The translations under genes were made by a program, and so were the position numbers. Shown one piece after another: positions 23,444 to 33,597 of a DNA stretch of 64,000 nt. The notes below the pieces were generated by a model. It was given only the letters and a program-made list of their open reading frames with translations. It had not been told where the DNA came from and did no database searches. The stretch lies in assembly GCF_003018255.1 (NCBI RefSeq), contig NZ_CP027440.1; one strand, 5' to 3'. Numbering within the stretch: position 1 is the first letter of the stretch; the number at the start of each line of letters is the position of its first letter. Source of the stretch: Escherichia coli (GTDB lineage Bacteria > Pseudomonadota > Gammaproteobacteria > Enterobacterales > Enterobacteriaceae).

Positions 23444-23534
23444 TCATCTTTATAAGATGTTGAGTGGGATTACTGATTCAAAAGTGTACTTAGTACTCCA
23501 TTTTGGTGTACAATGTACCTTCCAGGGAGGGGTA

Positions 23535-23867
23535 ATGGGTAAGGCGATAATATTTATAGAGACGCCAATGTTTACGCGTCAGATCAAGCAGATTGCAACC
23601 GATGATGAATTAAAGGAATTACAAAAAGAACTCATCGGAACTCCCGATAAAGGTGATCTCATTCAGCAGACTGGTGGATTGCGTAAAGTCCGAATGGCTG
23701 CGGGTTCACAGGGAAAAAGTGGCAGTGTCAGAATAATTTACTTTCTGGCGACGGAAGAGATTATTTATTTGATTATGGCCTATCCGAAAAATGCCAAAGA
23801 TAGTCTGACAGATACGGAAAAAGCTCAACTAAAGAAGTTGACGAAACTGCTCAAAGGCGAGATATAA
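23535..23867 (+). CDS. Type II toxin, RelE/ParE superfamily, HigB-2-like (strain-specific insertion)
   Basis: 110-aa ORF with strong RBS gggagggg; core GDLIQQTGGLRKVRMA...GSVRIIYFL...YLIMAYPKNAKDSL resembles HigB-2-type toxins as I recall them; toxin-first order with an adjacent HTH antitoxin. Confidence 0.7.
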   Translation: MGKAIIFIETPMFTRQIKQIATDDELKELQKELIGTPDKGDLIQQTGGLRKVRMAAGSQGKSGSVRIIYFLATEEIIYLIMAYPKNAKDSLTDTEKAQLKKLTKLLKGEI

Positions 23868-23868
23868 A

Positions 23869-24153
23869 ATGAGTTTTTTTGATGAGTTGAAAACCTCTCT
23901 GGAAGAGGCTGTCGAGATTAAACAAGGTTTAAAAGAACCTGCACGGGTGACCCGCTACGAAATTGCGGATGTTAAAGCTATTCGTGAGCAACTCAACGTT
24001 TCGCAAAGTGAGATGGCAAAAGCTCTGGGAACCAGTGTGGATACCATTAAAAGCTGGGAATCGAAGCGAAGAAATCCTACGGGATTGGCTGCAAAAGTAC
24101 TTGCCACAATTAAAGAAAATCCTGACTTTTTCCGGGAACTTGCCTCCCATTAA
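23869..24153 (+). CDS. Type II antitoxin, XRE-type HTH, HigA-2-like
   Basis: 94-aa ORF starting 1 nt after the toxin stop; HTH segment SQSEMAKALGTSVDTIKSWE. Confidence 0.7.
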   Translation: MSFFDELKTSLEEAVEIKQGLKEPARVTRYEIADVKAIREQLNVSQSEMAKALGTSVDTIKSWESKRRNPTGLAAKVLATIKENPDFFRELASH

Positions 24154-24167
24154 TCATTTAACTAATA

Positions 24168-24197
24168 CCGGATGCGATGCTGGCGCGCCGCATCCGG
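24168..24197. repeat. REP-like palindrome between the TA pair and ettA
   Basis: ccggatgcgatgctggcgcgccgcatccgg inverted repeat. Confidence 0.5.
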
Positions 24198-24208
24198 CAT
24201 TTTACGCA

Positions 24209-25876
24209 TTACTTCGCAATACGCTTGTACTTGATACGCTTCGGCTCCAGCGCGTCTGCGCCCAGCGTGCGTTTCTTGTACTCTTCGTACTCGGTAAAGT
24301 TACCTTCGAAGAACTCAACTTTACCCTCATCCTGGTAATCCAGGATGTGCGTGGCGATACGGTCGAGGAACCAACGGTCGTGCGAGATAACCATCGCGCA
24401 GCCCGGGAACTCCAGCAGGGCGTTTTCCAGCGCGCGCAGGGTTTCGATATCCAGGTCGTTGGTTGGTTCGTCGAGCAGCAGCATGTTGCCGCCAACTTGC
24501 AGCAACTTCGCCAGATGCAGACGACCGCGCTCACCGCCGGAGAGTTCGCCAACGCGTTTACCCTGATCAACCCCTTTAAAGTTAAAGCGGCCAACGTAGG
24601 CGCGGCTTGGCATCTCGGTGTTGCCGATTTTCATGATATCCAGCCCGCCGGAAACTTCTTCCCAAACGGTTTTGCTGTTATCCATTGAGTCACGGAACTG
24701 ATCAACCGATGCCAGTTTCACCGTTTCACCCAAAGTGATGGTGCCGCTGTCCGGCTGTTCCTGACCAGAGATCATACGGAACAGCGTCGATTTACCCGCA
24801 CCGTTCGGACCGATGATCCCGACGATCGCCCCTTTCGGGATCGAGAAACTCAGGGAGTCAATCAGCAGACGATCGCCATAGGATTTACGCAGATTGCTGA
24901 CTTCCAGCACTTTGTCGCCCAGACGCGGTCCAGGTGGAATAAACAGTTCGTTGGTTTCGTTACGTTTCTGATATTCGGTGCTGTTCAGTTCTTCAAAGCG
25001 CGCCAGACGTGCTTTACCTTTCGACTGACGGCCTTTAGTACCTTGACGTACCCACTCCAGCTCTTTCTCAATCGACTTACGACGCGCAGCTTCTTGTGAA
25101 GCTTCCTGCGCCAGACGCTGATCTTTCTGCTCCAGCCAGGAGGAGTAGTTACCTTCCCACGGAATACCTTCACCGCGGTCCAGTTCGAGGATCCAGCCCG
25201 CAACGTTATCGAGGAAGTAACGGTCGTGGGTAATCGCCACAACGGTGCCTTCGAAGTCGTGCAGGAAGCGTTCCAGCCAGGCCACGGATTCGGCATCCAG
25301 GTGGTTGGTCGGTTCGTCGAGCAGCAGCATGTCTGGTTTTTCCAGCAGCAGGCGGCACAACGCCACGCGACGACGCTCACCACCGGAGAGGTTAGCGATT
25401 TTCGCGTCCCAATCCGGCAGACGCAGCGCATCCGCCGCACGCTCCAGCTGAACGTTCAGGTTGTGACCGTCGTGAGCCTGAATGATCTCTTCCAGACGGC
25501 CCTGTTCAGCGGCCAGTTTGTCAAAATCGGCATCCGGATCGGCGTACAGTGCATACACTTCATCCAGGCGTTTCAGGGCGTTAACCACTTCAGAAACCGC
25601 TTCTTCAATGGACTCACGCACGGTGTGTTCCGGGTTCAACTGCGGTTCCTGCGGCAGATAACCAATCTTGATATCCGGTTGCGGACGCGCTTCGCCTTCG
25701 ATGTCTTTATCAATGCCCGCCATAATGCGCAGCAGGGTGGACTTACCCGCGCCGTTCAGACCCAGGACACCAATTTTTGCCCCAGGGAAGAAACTCAGAG
25801 AGATGTTTTTCAAAATATGACGTTTCGGCGGAACAACTTTGCCGACACGATGCATGGTATAAACGAATTGAGCCAC
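24209..25876 (-). CDS. ettA: Energy-dependent translational throttle protein EttA (ABC-F ATPase, YjjK)
   Basis: 555-aa ORF with two ABC cassettes (Walker A GLNGAGKST and GPNGAGKST, signature LSGGE twice). Confidence 0.93.
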   Translation of the reverse strand: MAQFVYTMHRVGKVVPPKRHILKNISLSFFPGAKIGVLGLNGAGKSTLLRIMAGIDKDIEGEARPQPDIKIGYLPQEPQLNPEHTVRESIEEAVSEVVNALKRLDEVYALYADPDADFDKLAAEQGRLEEIIQAHDGHNLNVQLERAADALRLPDWDAKIANLSGGERRRVALCRLLLEKPDMLLLDEPTNHLDAESVAWLERFLHDFEGTVVAITHDRYFLDNVAGWILELDRGEGIPWEGNYSSWLEQKDQRLAQEASQEAARRKSIEKELEWVRQGTKGRQSKGKARLARFEELNSTEYQKRNETNELFIPPGPRLGDKVLEVSNLRKSYGDRLLIDSLSFSIPKGAIVGIIGPNGAGKSTLFRMISGQEQPDSGTITLGETVKLASVDQFRDSMDNSKTVWEEVSGGLDIMKIGNTEMPSRAYVGRFNFKGVDQGKRVGELSGGERGRLHLAKLLQVGGNMLLLDEPTNDLDIETLRALENALLEFPGCAMVISHDRWFLDRIATHILDYQDEGKVEFFEGNFTEYEEYKKRTLGADALEPKRIKYKRIAK

Positions 25877-26211
25877 GTTGGACTTCGCCTCTATGTTTAT
25901 CGTGATGATGAGTTTTCAAAGGCGAAGTGTAGCCTGTTTCCTTATCTAATCCCAGCCGGTCGATCACCCTCGCAGTATACTCGTCATACTTCAAGTTGCA
26001 TGTGCTGCGCTTACGCTCGCTCACCCCAGTCACTTACTTCTGTAAGCTCCTGGGGACTCACTCACTTATCGCCTTCCTGCAACTCGAATTATTTAGAGTA
26101 TAAAAGTAAAAAAGTGTCCGTAACGTGGCGTAAACGGCAATGACTGGTTAGCATAAATCTATTACGCGGCATGACGCTGCATTGATGTATTTACACTTAG
26201 AGGATGCGCTT

Positions 26212-28149
26212 GTGGAAAAAGCCAAACAAGTTACCTGGCGGCTGTTGGCTGCCGGTGTCTGTCTGCTGACGGTCAGCAGCGTGGCGCGAGCCGACTCACT
26301 GGATGAGCAGCGTAGCCGCTACGCCCAAATCAAGCAGGCCTGGGATAATCGACAAATGGATGTGGTCGAACAAATGATGCCTGGACTGAAAGATTATCCG
26401 CTTTATCCCTACCTGGAATACCGTCAGATCACCGATGACCTGATGAATCAACCGGCGGTGACGGTCACTAACTTTGTTCGCGCTAACCCCACGCTTCCTC
26501 CCGCTCGCACGCTGCAATCTCGTTTCGTCAATGAACTGGCGCGGCGTGAAGACTGGCGTGGCTTGTTAGCCTTTAGCCCGGAAAAGCCCGGAACTACCGA
26601 AGCGCAATGTAATTACTACTATGCGAAATGGAACACCGGGCAGAGTGAAGAAGCCTGGCAAGGGGCGAAAGAGCTGTGGCTAACCGGCAAGAGCCAGCCT
26701 AACGCCTGTGACAAGTTATTTAGCGTCTGGCGTGCGTCAGGTAAACAAGATCCGCTGGCGTATTTAGAGCGTATCCGTCTGGCGATGAAAGCGGGTAACA
26801 CTGGACTCGTAACAGTGCTGGCAGGGCAGATGCCTGCCGATTACCAGACTATCGCCTCGGCAATCATTTCACTGGCGAACAACCCTAATACGGTACTGAC
26901 CTTCGCGCGTACAACCGGAGCGACCGATTTTACCCGTCAAATGGCGGCGGTGGCGTTTGCCAGTGTGGCGCGGCAGGATGCTGAAAATGCACGGCTGATG
27001 ATCCCGTCGCTTGCCCAGGCGCAGCAGCTTAATGAAGATCAGATTCAGGAGCTGCGCGATATCGTCGCCTGGCGTTTGATGGGCAATGATGTCACCGATG
27101 AGCAGGCGAAATGGCGCGATGACGCCATTATGCGTTCGCAATCTACTTCGCTTATTGAACGGCGCGTGCGAATGGCGCTTGGCACCGGCGATCGTCGCGG
27201 CCTGAATACCTGGCTGGCGCGTTTGCCGATGGAGGCGAAAGAGAAAGATGAATGGCGTTACTGGCAGGCGGATTTACTGCTGGAACGCGGACGTGAAGCT
27301 GAAGCAAAAGAGATTTTGCATCAACTCATGCAACAGCGTGGTTTCTACCCGATGGTTGCAGCACAACGCATCGGTGAAGAGTATGAGCTGAAGATTGATA
27401 AAGCGCCGCAGAATGTTGACAGCGCCCTGACTCAGGGGCCGGAGATGGCGCGCGTGCGCGAGTTGATGTACTGGAATCTCGATAATACCGCGCGTAGCGA
27501 GTGGGCCAATCTGGTGAAGAGCAAGTCAAAAACAGAGCAGGCGCAACTGGCTCGGTATGCTTTCAATAACCAATGGTGGGAACTTAGCGTTCAGGCAACG
27601 ATCGCCGGGAAGCTTTGGGATCATCTGGAAGAGAGATTCCCGCTGGCCTACAACGATCTTTTCAAACGTTACACCAGTGGGAAGGAGATCCCGCAAAGCT
27701 ATGCGATGGCGATTGCCCGTCAGGAGAGCGCCTGGAATCCGAAAGTGAAATCACCGGTAGGGGCCAGCGGCCTGATGCAGATTATGCCGGGCACGGCGAC
27801 CCATACGGTGAAGATGTTCTCTATTCCTGGTTATAGCAGCCCTGGGCAATTGCTGGATCCGGAAACGAACATCAACATTGGCACCAGTTACCTGCAATAT
27901 GTTTATCAGCAGTTTGGCAATAACCGTATTTTCTCCTCAGCAGCTTATAACGCCGGACCTGGACGGGTGCGAACCTGGCTTGGCAACAGCGCCGGGCGTA
28001 TCGACGCTGTGGCATTTGTCGAGAGTATTCCGTTCTCCGAGACGCGCGGTTATGTGAAGAACGTGCTGGCTTATGACGCTTACTACCGCTATTTCATGGG
28101 GGATAAACCGACGTTGATGAGCGCCACGGAATGGGGACGTCGTTACTGA
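26212..28149 (+). CDS. slt: Soluble lytic murein transglycosylase Slt70
   Basis: 645-aa product if initiated at GTG 26212 (RBS agagga upstream); signal peptide then superhelical domain and C-terminal lysozyme-like domain (ESAWNP...GLMQIMP); alternative ATG at 26182. Confidence 0.88.
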   Translation: MEKAKQVTWRLLAAGVCLLTVSSVARADSLDEQRSRYAQIKQAWDNRQMDVVEQMMPGLKDYPLYPYLEYRQITDDLMNQPAVTVTNFVRANPTLPPARTLQSRFVNELARREDWRGLLAFSPEKPGTTEAQCNYYYAKWNTGQSEEAWQGAKELWLTGKSQPNACDKLFSVWRASGKQDPLAYLERIRLAMKAGNTGLVTVLAGQMPADYQTIASAIISLANNPNTVLTFARTTGATDFTRQMAAVAFASVARQDAENARLMIPSLAQAQQLNEDQIQELRDIVAWRLMGNDVTDEQAKWRDDAIMRSQSTSLIERRVRMALGTGDRRGLNTWLARLPMEAKEKDEWRYWQADLLLERGREAEAKEILHQLMQQRGFYPMVAAQRIGEEYELKIDKAPQNVDSALTQGPEMARVRELMYWNLDNTARSEWANLVKSKSKTEQAQLARYAFNNQWWELSVQATIAGKLWDHLEERFPLAYNDLFKRYTSGKEIPQSYAMAIARQESAWNPKVKSPVGASGLMQIMPGTATHTVKMFSIPGYSSPGQLLDPETNINIGTSYLQYVYQQFGNNRIFSSAAYNAGPGRVRTWLGNSAGRIDAVAFVESIPFSETRGYVKNVLAYDAYYRYFMGDKPTLMSATEWGRRY

Positions 28150-28223
28150 TCCGCACGTTTATGATATGCTATCGTACTCTTTAGCGAGTACAACCGGGGG
28201 AGGCATTTTGCTTCCCCCGCTAA

Positions 28224-28565
<342 letters not shown>

Positions 28566-28570
28566 TTTTG

Positions 28571-29177
<607 letters not shown>

Positions 29178-29216
29178 TCAGAAAATTAACGTTACAGCAG
29201 TATACGGAAAAAAAGC

Positions 29217-29864
29217 ATGTTACAGGTATACCTAGTCCGCCACGGTGAAACGCAGTGGAACGCCGAGCGACGTATTCAGGGCCAGTCTGACAGCCCGCTG
29301 ACAGCCAAAGGTGAGCAACAGGCGATGCAGGTGGCAACCCGTGCCAAAGAGCTTGGCATTACGCATATCATCAGTAGCGATTTAGGACGGACCCGGCGCA
29401 CGGCGGAAATCATCGCCCAGGCCTGCGGCTGTGACATCATCTTTGATTCTCGCCTGCGTGAATTAAATATGGGTGTACTGGAAACAAGAAATATCGATTC
29501 ACTCACCGAAGAAGAAGAGAACTGGCGTCGGCAACTGGTCAATGGCACCGTTGACGGGCGTATTCCTGAAGGCGAGTCAATGCAGGAGCTCAGCGATCGC
29601 GTTAATGCGGCACTGGAATCTTGCCGGGACTTACCGCAGGGAAGCCGACCGCTACTGGTGAGCCATGGTATTGCACTGGGATGCCTGGTGAGTACGATTC
29701 TCGGATTACCAGCATGGGCAGAGCGCCGCTTACGTCTGCGTAACTGTTCTATTTCGCGCGTGGATTATCAGGAAAGCTTGTGGCTGGCGTCTGGCTGGGT
29801 GGTTGAAACCGCAGGGGACATCTCGCATCTGGACGCCCCTGCATTAGATGAGCTGCAGCGTTAA
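29217..29864 (+). CDS. gpmB: Histidine-phosphatase family protein GpmB (probable phosphoglycerate mutase)
   Basis: 215-aa ORF with N-terminal RHGETQWN catalytic-His motif. Confidence 0.88.
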   Translation: MLQVYLVRHGETQWNAERRIQGQSDSPLTAKGEQQAMQVATRAKELGITHIISSDLGRTRRTAEIIAQACGCDIIFDSRLRELNMGVLETRNIDSLTEEEENWRRQLVNGTVDGRIPEGESMQELSDRVNAALESCRDLPQGSRPLLVSHGIALGCLVSTILGLPAWAERRLRLRNCSISRVDYQESLWLASGWVVETAGDISHLDAPALDELQR

Positions 29865-30730
29865 CGACGGATCGGAATCAGCAGTTCACAGCGCAGATTA
29901 ATTGGGCGATCTCCCGCTTTGGCATCTTCTGCCGGGTAGTATCGCTCAATATCCTGACCTTTACGGCGCGTCAAGTTAAGCATTGGCATGCACGTTCCGT
30001 ATACCGTCAGGATAAACTCCTGCACGCCGGTTCCCAGACCTTCATAGGTAAACATCACATATTCGCCGCCCTGCAACATCACCGGATGCCCAGTCAGTAC
30101 ATAGCCATCTGCCTGATCCTGAGCTAACGCGGTGGTGTAGAACACCTCTTGTTCGTCGTCTTTATCCTGGCTCGGACGTGTTTCGTTCAAACCGTAAAGC
30201 ACTGGTGGAATGGTTGGCGAGTTGCCGAGAAAATCGTGCCAGAACTGGTAGCGCATTTCATGGCGGAAATCAGAGATTTGCTCCAGCGAACAGGAGTAGC
30301 TCTGGGTAACACCAATCAGCGGCGTATCTTCCAGGGTGACAAATTTGTGCTCTGGCATAGTGAATTCACCCAGACGCAGCGGCGGGCGAATACCAAAGGC
30401 GCTCCATTCAGGAGAACGGCGGTAAAGTGCAGGAGTCTGGGCAAACTGCTTCTTGAAAGCGCGGGTAAATGTCTGTTGAGAGTCGAAGCGGTATTGCAGC
30501 GCGATGTCCAGAATCGGACGCGCAGTCAGGCGTAGTGCGACCGCCGATTTCGACAAACGACGAGCACGAATATACGCGCCAATAGCATGGCCAGTGACAT
30601 CTTTAAACATTCTCTGTAAGTGCCACTTGGAATAACCTGCTTTCGCCGCTACATTGTCGAGCGACAGGGGCTGATCCAGATGACCTTCCAGCCAGATTAA
30701 AAGGTCGCGAATAATGCCGGCCTGATCCAT
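29861..30730 (-). CDS. rob: AraC/XylS-family transcriptional regulator Rob (right origin-binding protein)
   Basis: 289-aa ORF; N-terminal dual-HTH AraC domain, GyrI-like C-terminal domain; overlaps gpmB stop. Confidence 0.9.
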   Translation of the reverse strand: MDQAGIIRDLLIWLEGHLDQPLSLDNVAAKAGYSKWHLQRMFKDVTGHAIGAYIRARRLSKSAVALRLTARPILDIALQYRFDSQQTFTRAFKKQFAQTPALYRRSPEWSAFGIRPPLRLGEFTMPEHKFVTLEDTPLIGVTQSYSCSLEQISDFRHEMRYQFWHDFLGNSPTIPPVLYGLNETRPSQDKDDEQEVFYTTALAQDQADGYVLTGHPVMLQGGEYVMFTYEGLGTGVQEFILTVYGTCMPMLNLTRRKGQDIERYYPAEDAKAGDRPINLRCELLIPIRR

Positions 30731-30940
30731 AAAATATCCTCATCCTTTCAACAACGAGCACCTGACATCAGGTAATTGGATAATAGCATTTTTTGCTGTT
30801 TTAGCATTCAGTGTTTTTTTCTTAGTAGAGTATGTTTTAGGGCTTGACGGAAATAAAAGTATTGAGATTTTGTTCTTAATCAATATGTTATTTACCGTGA
30901 CGAACTAATTGCTCGTGTAATAGATAAAAATGGTAACAAT

Positions 30941-31414
30941 ATGAAATACAAGCATTTGATCCTGTCTTTAAGCCTGATAATGCTGGGGCCATTGGCTCAT
31001 GCAGAAGAGATTGGTTCGGTCGACACCGTATTTAAAATGATCGGCCCGGATCACAAAATTGTTGTGGAAGCCTTTGACGATCCCGATGTGAAAAATGTCA
31101 CCTGTTATGTGAGTCGGGCGAAAACCGGTGGTATTAAAGGGGGATTGGGCCTGGCAGAAGATACCTCCGATGCGGCCATTTCTTGTCAACAAGTCGGGCC
31201 GATTGAACTGTCGGATCGTATTAAAAACGGCAAAGCTCAGGGCGAGGTAGTATTCAAAAAACGCACGTCCCTGGTCTTTAAGTCGTTACAGGTCGTGCGC
31301 TTTTATGACGCTAAACGCAACGCGCTCGCTTATCTGGCTTACTCCGACAAAGTTGTAGAAGGTTCGCCGAAAAACGCGATTAGCGCGGTTCCTGTCATGC
31401 CGTGGCGGCAATAA
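30941..31414 (+). CDS. creA: Periplasmic protein CreA
   Basis: 157-aa ORF with signal peptide; directly upstream of creBC. Confidence 0.85.
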
Positions 31415-31426
31415 CAGAGGCGATTT

Positions 31427-32116
31427 ATGCAACGGGAAACGGTCTGGTTAGTCGAAGACGAGCAAGGGATAGCCGATACGCTGGTCTACATGTTGCAACA
31501 GGAAGGTTTTGACGTCGAGGTCTTTGAGCGAGGCTTGCCAGTGCTGGATAAAGCTCGCCAGCAGGTTCCCGATGTCATGATTCTCGATGTTGGTTTGCCT
31601 GATATCAGCGGCTTTGAATTGTGCCGCCAGTTACTGGCGCTCCATCCGGCGTTACCTGTACTGTTCCTGACGGCCCGAAGTGAAGAGGTCGATCGCCTGC
31701 TTGGGCTGGAAATTGGCGCTGACGACTACGTGGCTAAACCGTTTTCACCTCGCGAAGTGTGCGCCAGAGTGCGCACCTTACTGCGTCGGGTGAAGAAGTT
31801 CTCGACGCCGTCTCCCGTTATCCGTATTGGTCATTTTGAATTGAATGAACCTGCGGCGCAGATCAGCTGGTTTGACACGCCATTAACGCTGACGCGGTAT
31901 GAGTTTTTATTGCTGAAGACGTTACTCAAGTCGCCGGGCCGCGTCTGGTCCCGCCAGCAACTGATGGATAGCGTGTGGGAAGATGCGCAGGACACCTACG
32001 ATCGCACCGTCGATACCCACATTAAAACGCTGCGTGCCAAGCTGCGCGCCATCAACCCCGATCTTTCACCGATTAATACTCATCGCGGCATGGGATATAG
32101 CCTGAGGGGCCTGTAA
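31427..32116 (+). CDS. creB: Two-component response regulator CreB (OmpR family)
   Basis: 229-aa ORF with receiver domain and winged-helix output domain. Confidence 0.9.
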   Translation: MQRETVWLVEDEQGIADTLVYMLQQEGFDVEVFERGLPVLDKARQQVPDVMILDVGLPDISGFELCRQLLALHPALPVLFLTARSEEVDRLLGLEIGADDYVAKPFSPREVCARVRTLLRRVKKFSTPSPVIRIGHFELNEPAAQISWFDTPLTLTRYEFLLLKTLLKSPGRVWSRQQLMDSVWEDAQDTYDRTVDTHIKTLRAKLRAINPDLSPINTHRGMGYSLRGL

Positions 32117-33540
32117 TGCGTATCGGCATGCGGTTGTTGCTGGGCTATTTTTTACTGGTGGCGGTGGCGGCCTGGTTCGTACTGGCTATTTTTGTCAAAG
32201 AAGTTAAACCGGGCGTGCGAAGAGCAACCGAGGGGACGTTAATCGACACCGCAACGTTGCTGGCGGAGCTGGCGCGTCCCGATTTGCTCTCTGGGGACCC
32301 AACGCATGGGCAACTGGCGCAGGCGTTTAATCAGCTACAACATCGCCCGTTTCGCGCCAATATCGGTGGCATTAACAAAGTGCGCAACGAATATCATGTC
32401 TATATGACCGATGCGCAGGGCAAAGTATTGTTCGATTCGGCAAATAAAGCCGTTGGACAGGATTATTCGCGCTGGAATGACGTCTGGCTAACGTTGCGTG
32501 GTCAGTATGGTGCGCGCAGCACGTTGCAAAATCCTGCCGATCCCGAAAGTTCTGTGATGTATGTTGCCGCGCCGATTATGGACGGCTCGCGGCTTATTGG
32601 CGTTTTGAGCGTAGGCAAACCGAACGCGGCGATGGCTCCGGTCATTAAGCGTAGCGAGCGGCGAATTTTATGGGCCAGCGCCATTTTGTTGGGGATTGCA
32701 CTGGTGATTGGCGCAGGCATGGTTTGGTGGATCAACCGCTCTATTGCCCGGCTCACTCGCTATGCTGATTCCGTCACTGACAATAAGCCCGTTCCTCTCC
32801 CCGATCTCGGTAGTAGCGAGTTGCGTAAACTCGCGCAGGCGCTGGAAAGTATGCGCGTGAAGCTGGAAGGGAAAAACTATATTGAGCAGTATGTTTATGC
32901 GTTAACTCATGAGCTAAAAAGCCCACTGGCGGCGATTCGTGGCGCGGCGGAAATTTTACGCGAAGGTCCGCCGCCGGAAGTGGTGGCTCGTTTTACCGAC
33001 AACATTCTGACGCAAAATGCGCGAATGCAGGCACTGGTGGAAACGTTACTACGCCAGGCAAGACTGGAGAATCGTCAGGAAGTCGTTCTGACTGCTGTTG
33101 ATGTGGCGGCATTATTTCGCCGCGTCAGCGAAGCGCGCACCGTGCAGTTGGCAGAAAAAAACATCACTTTGCATGTTATGCCTACTGAGATTAACGTTGC
33201 TGCTGAACCGGCGTTACTGGAGCAGGCGCTGGGGAATTTACTGGATAACGCCATCGATTTTACTCCCGAGAGCGGTCGCATAACGCTAAGCGCCGAAGTG
33301 GATCAGGAATACGTCACCCTTAAGGTGCTGGATACCGGTAGTGGGATTCCTGACTACGCGCTGTCACGTATTTTTGAACGCTTTTACTCTTTGCCGCGTG
33401 CAAATGGGCAAAAAAGCAGCGGTCTGGGGTTGGCGTTTGTCAGTGAGGTCGCCCGTTTGTTTAACGGCGAAGTCACGCTGCGCAACGTGCAGGAAGGTGG
33501 CGTGCTGGCCTCGCTTCGACTTCACCGTCACTTCACATAG
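32116..33540 (+). CDS. creC: Sensor histidine kinase CreC
   Basis: 474-aa ORF with two TM segments, H-box (LTHELKSPLAAIRG) and ATPase G-box motifs. Confidence 0.9.
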   Translation: MRIGMRLLLGYFLLVAVAAWFVLAIFVKEVKPGVRRATEGTLIDTATLLAELARPDLLSGDPTHGQLAQAFNQLQHRPFRANIGGINKVRNEYHVYMTDAQGKVLFDSANKAVGQDYSRWNDVWLTLRGQYGARSTLQNPADPESSVMYVAAPIMDGSRLIGVLSVGKPNAAMAPVIKRSERRILWASAILLGIALVIGAGMVWWINRSIARLTRYADSVTDNKPVPLPDLGSSELRKLAQALESMRVKLEGKNYIEQYVYALTHELKSPLAAIRGAAEILREGPPPEVVARFTDNILTQNARMQALVETLLRQARLENRQEVVLTAVDVAALFRRVSEARTVQLAEKNITLHVMPTEINVAAEPALLEQALGNLLDNAIDFTPESGRITLSAEVDQEYVTLKVLDTGSGIPDYALSRIFERFYSLPRANGQKSSGLGLAFVSEVARLFNGEVTLRNVQEGGVLASLRLHRHFT

Positions 33541-33597
33541 CTTCAAATTCTTCCCACATAGCCTTCGTATCCTGCTGCCATTGCAAAGGAGAAGACT

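Noticed and set aside
23929-24150. 73-aa ORF on the minus strand inside the antitoxin gene
   Set aside because: Fully overlaps the better-supported HTH antitoxin ORF on the plus strand; no RBS.
25226-26143. 305-aa ORF on the plus strand
   Set aside because: Antisense to ettA and running into the ettA-slt spacer; composition looks like a shadow frame.
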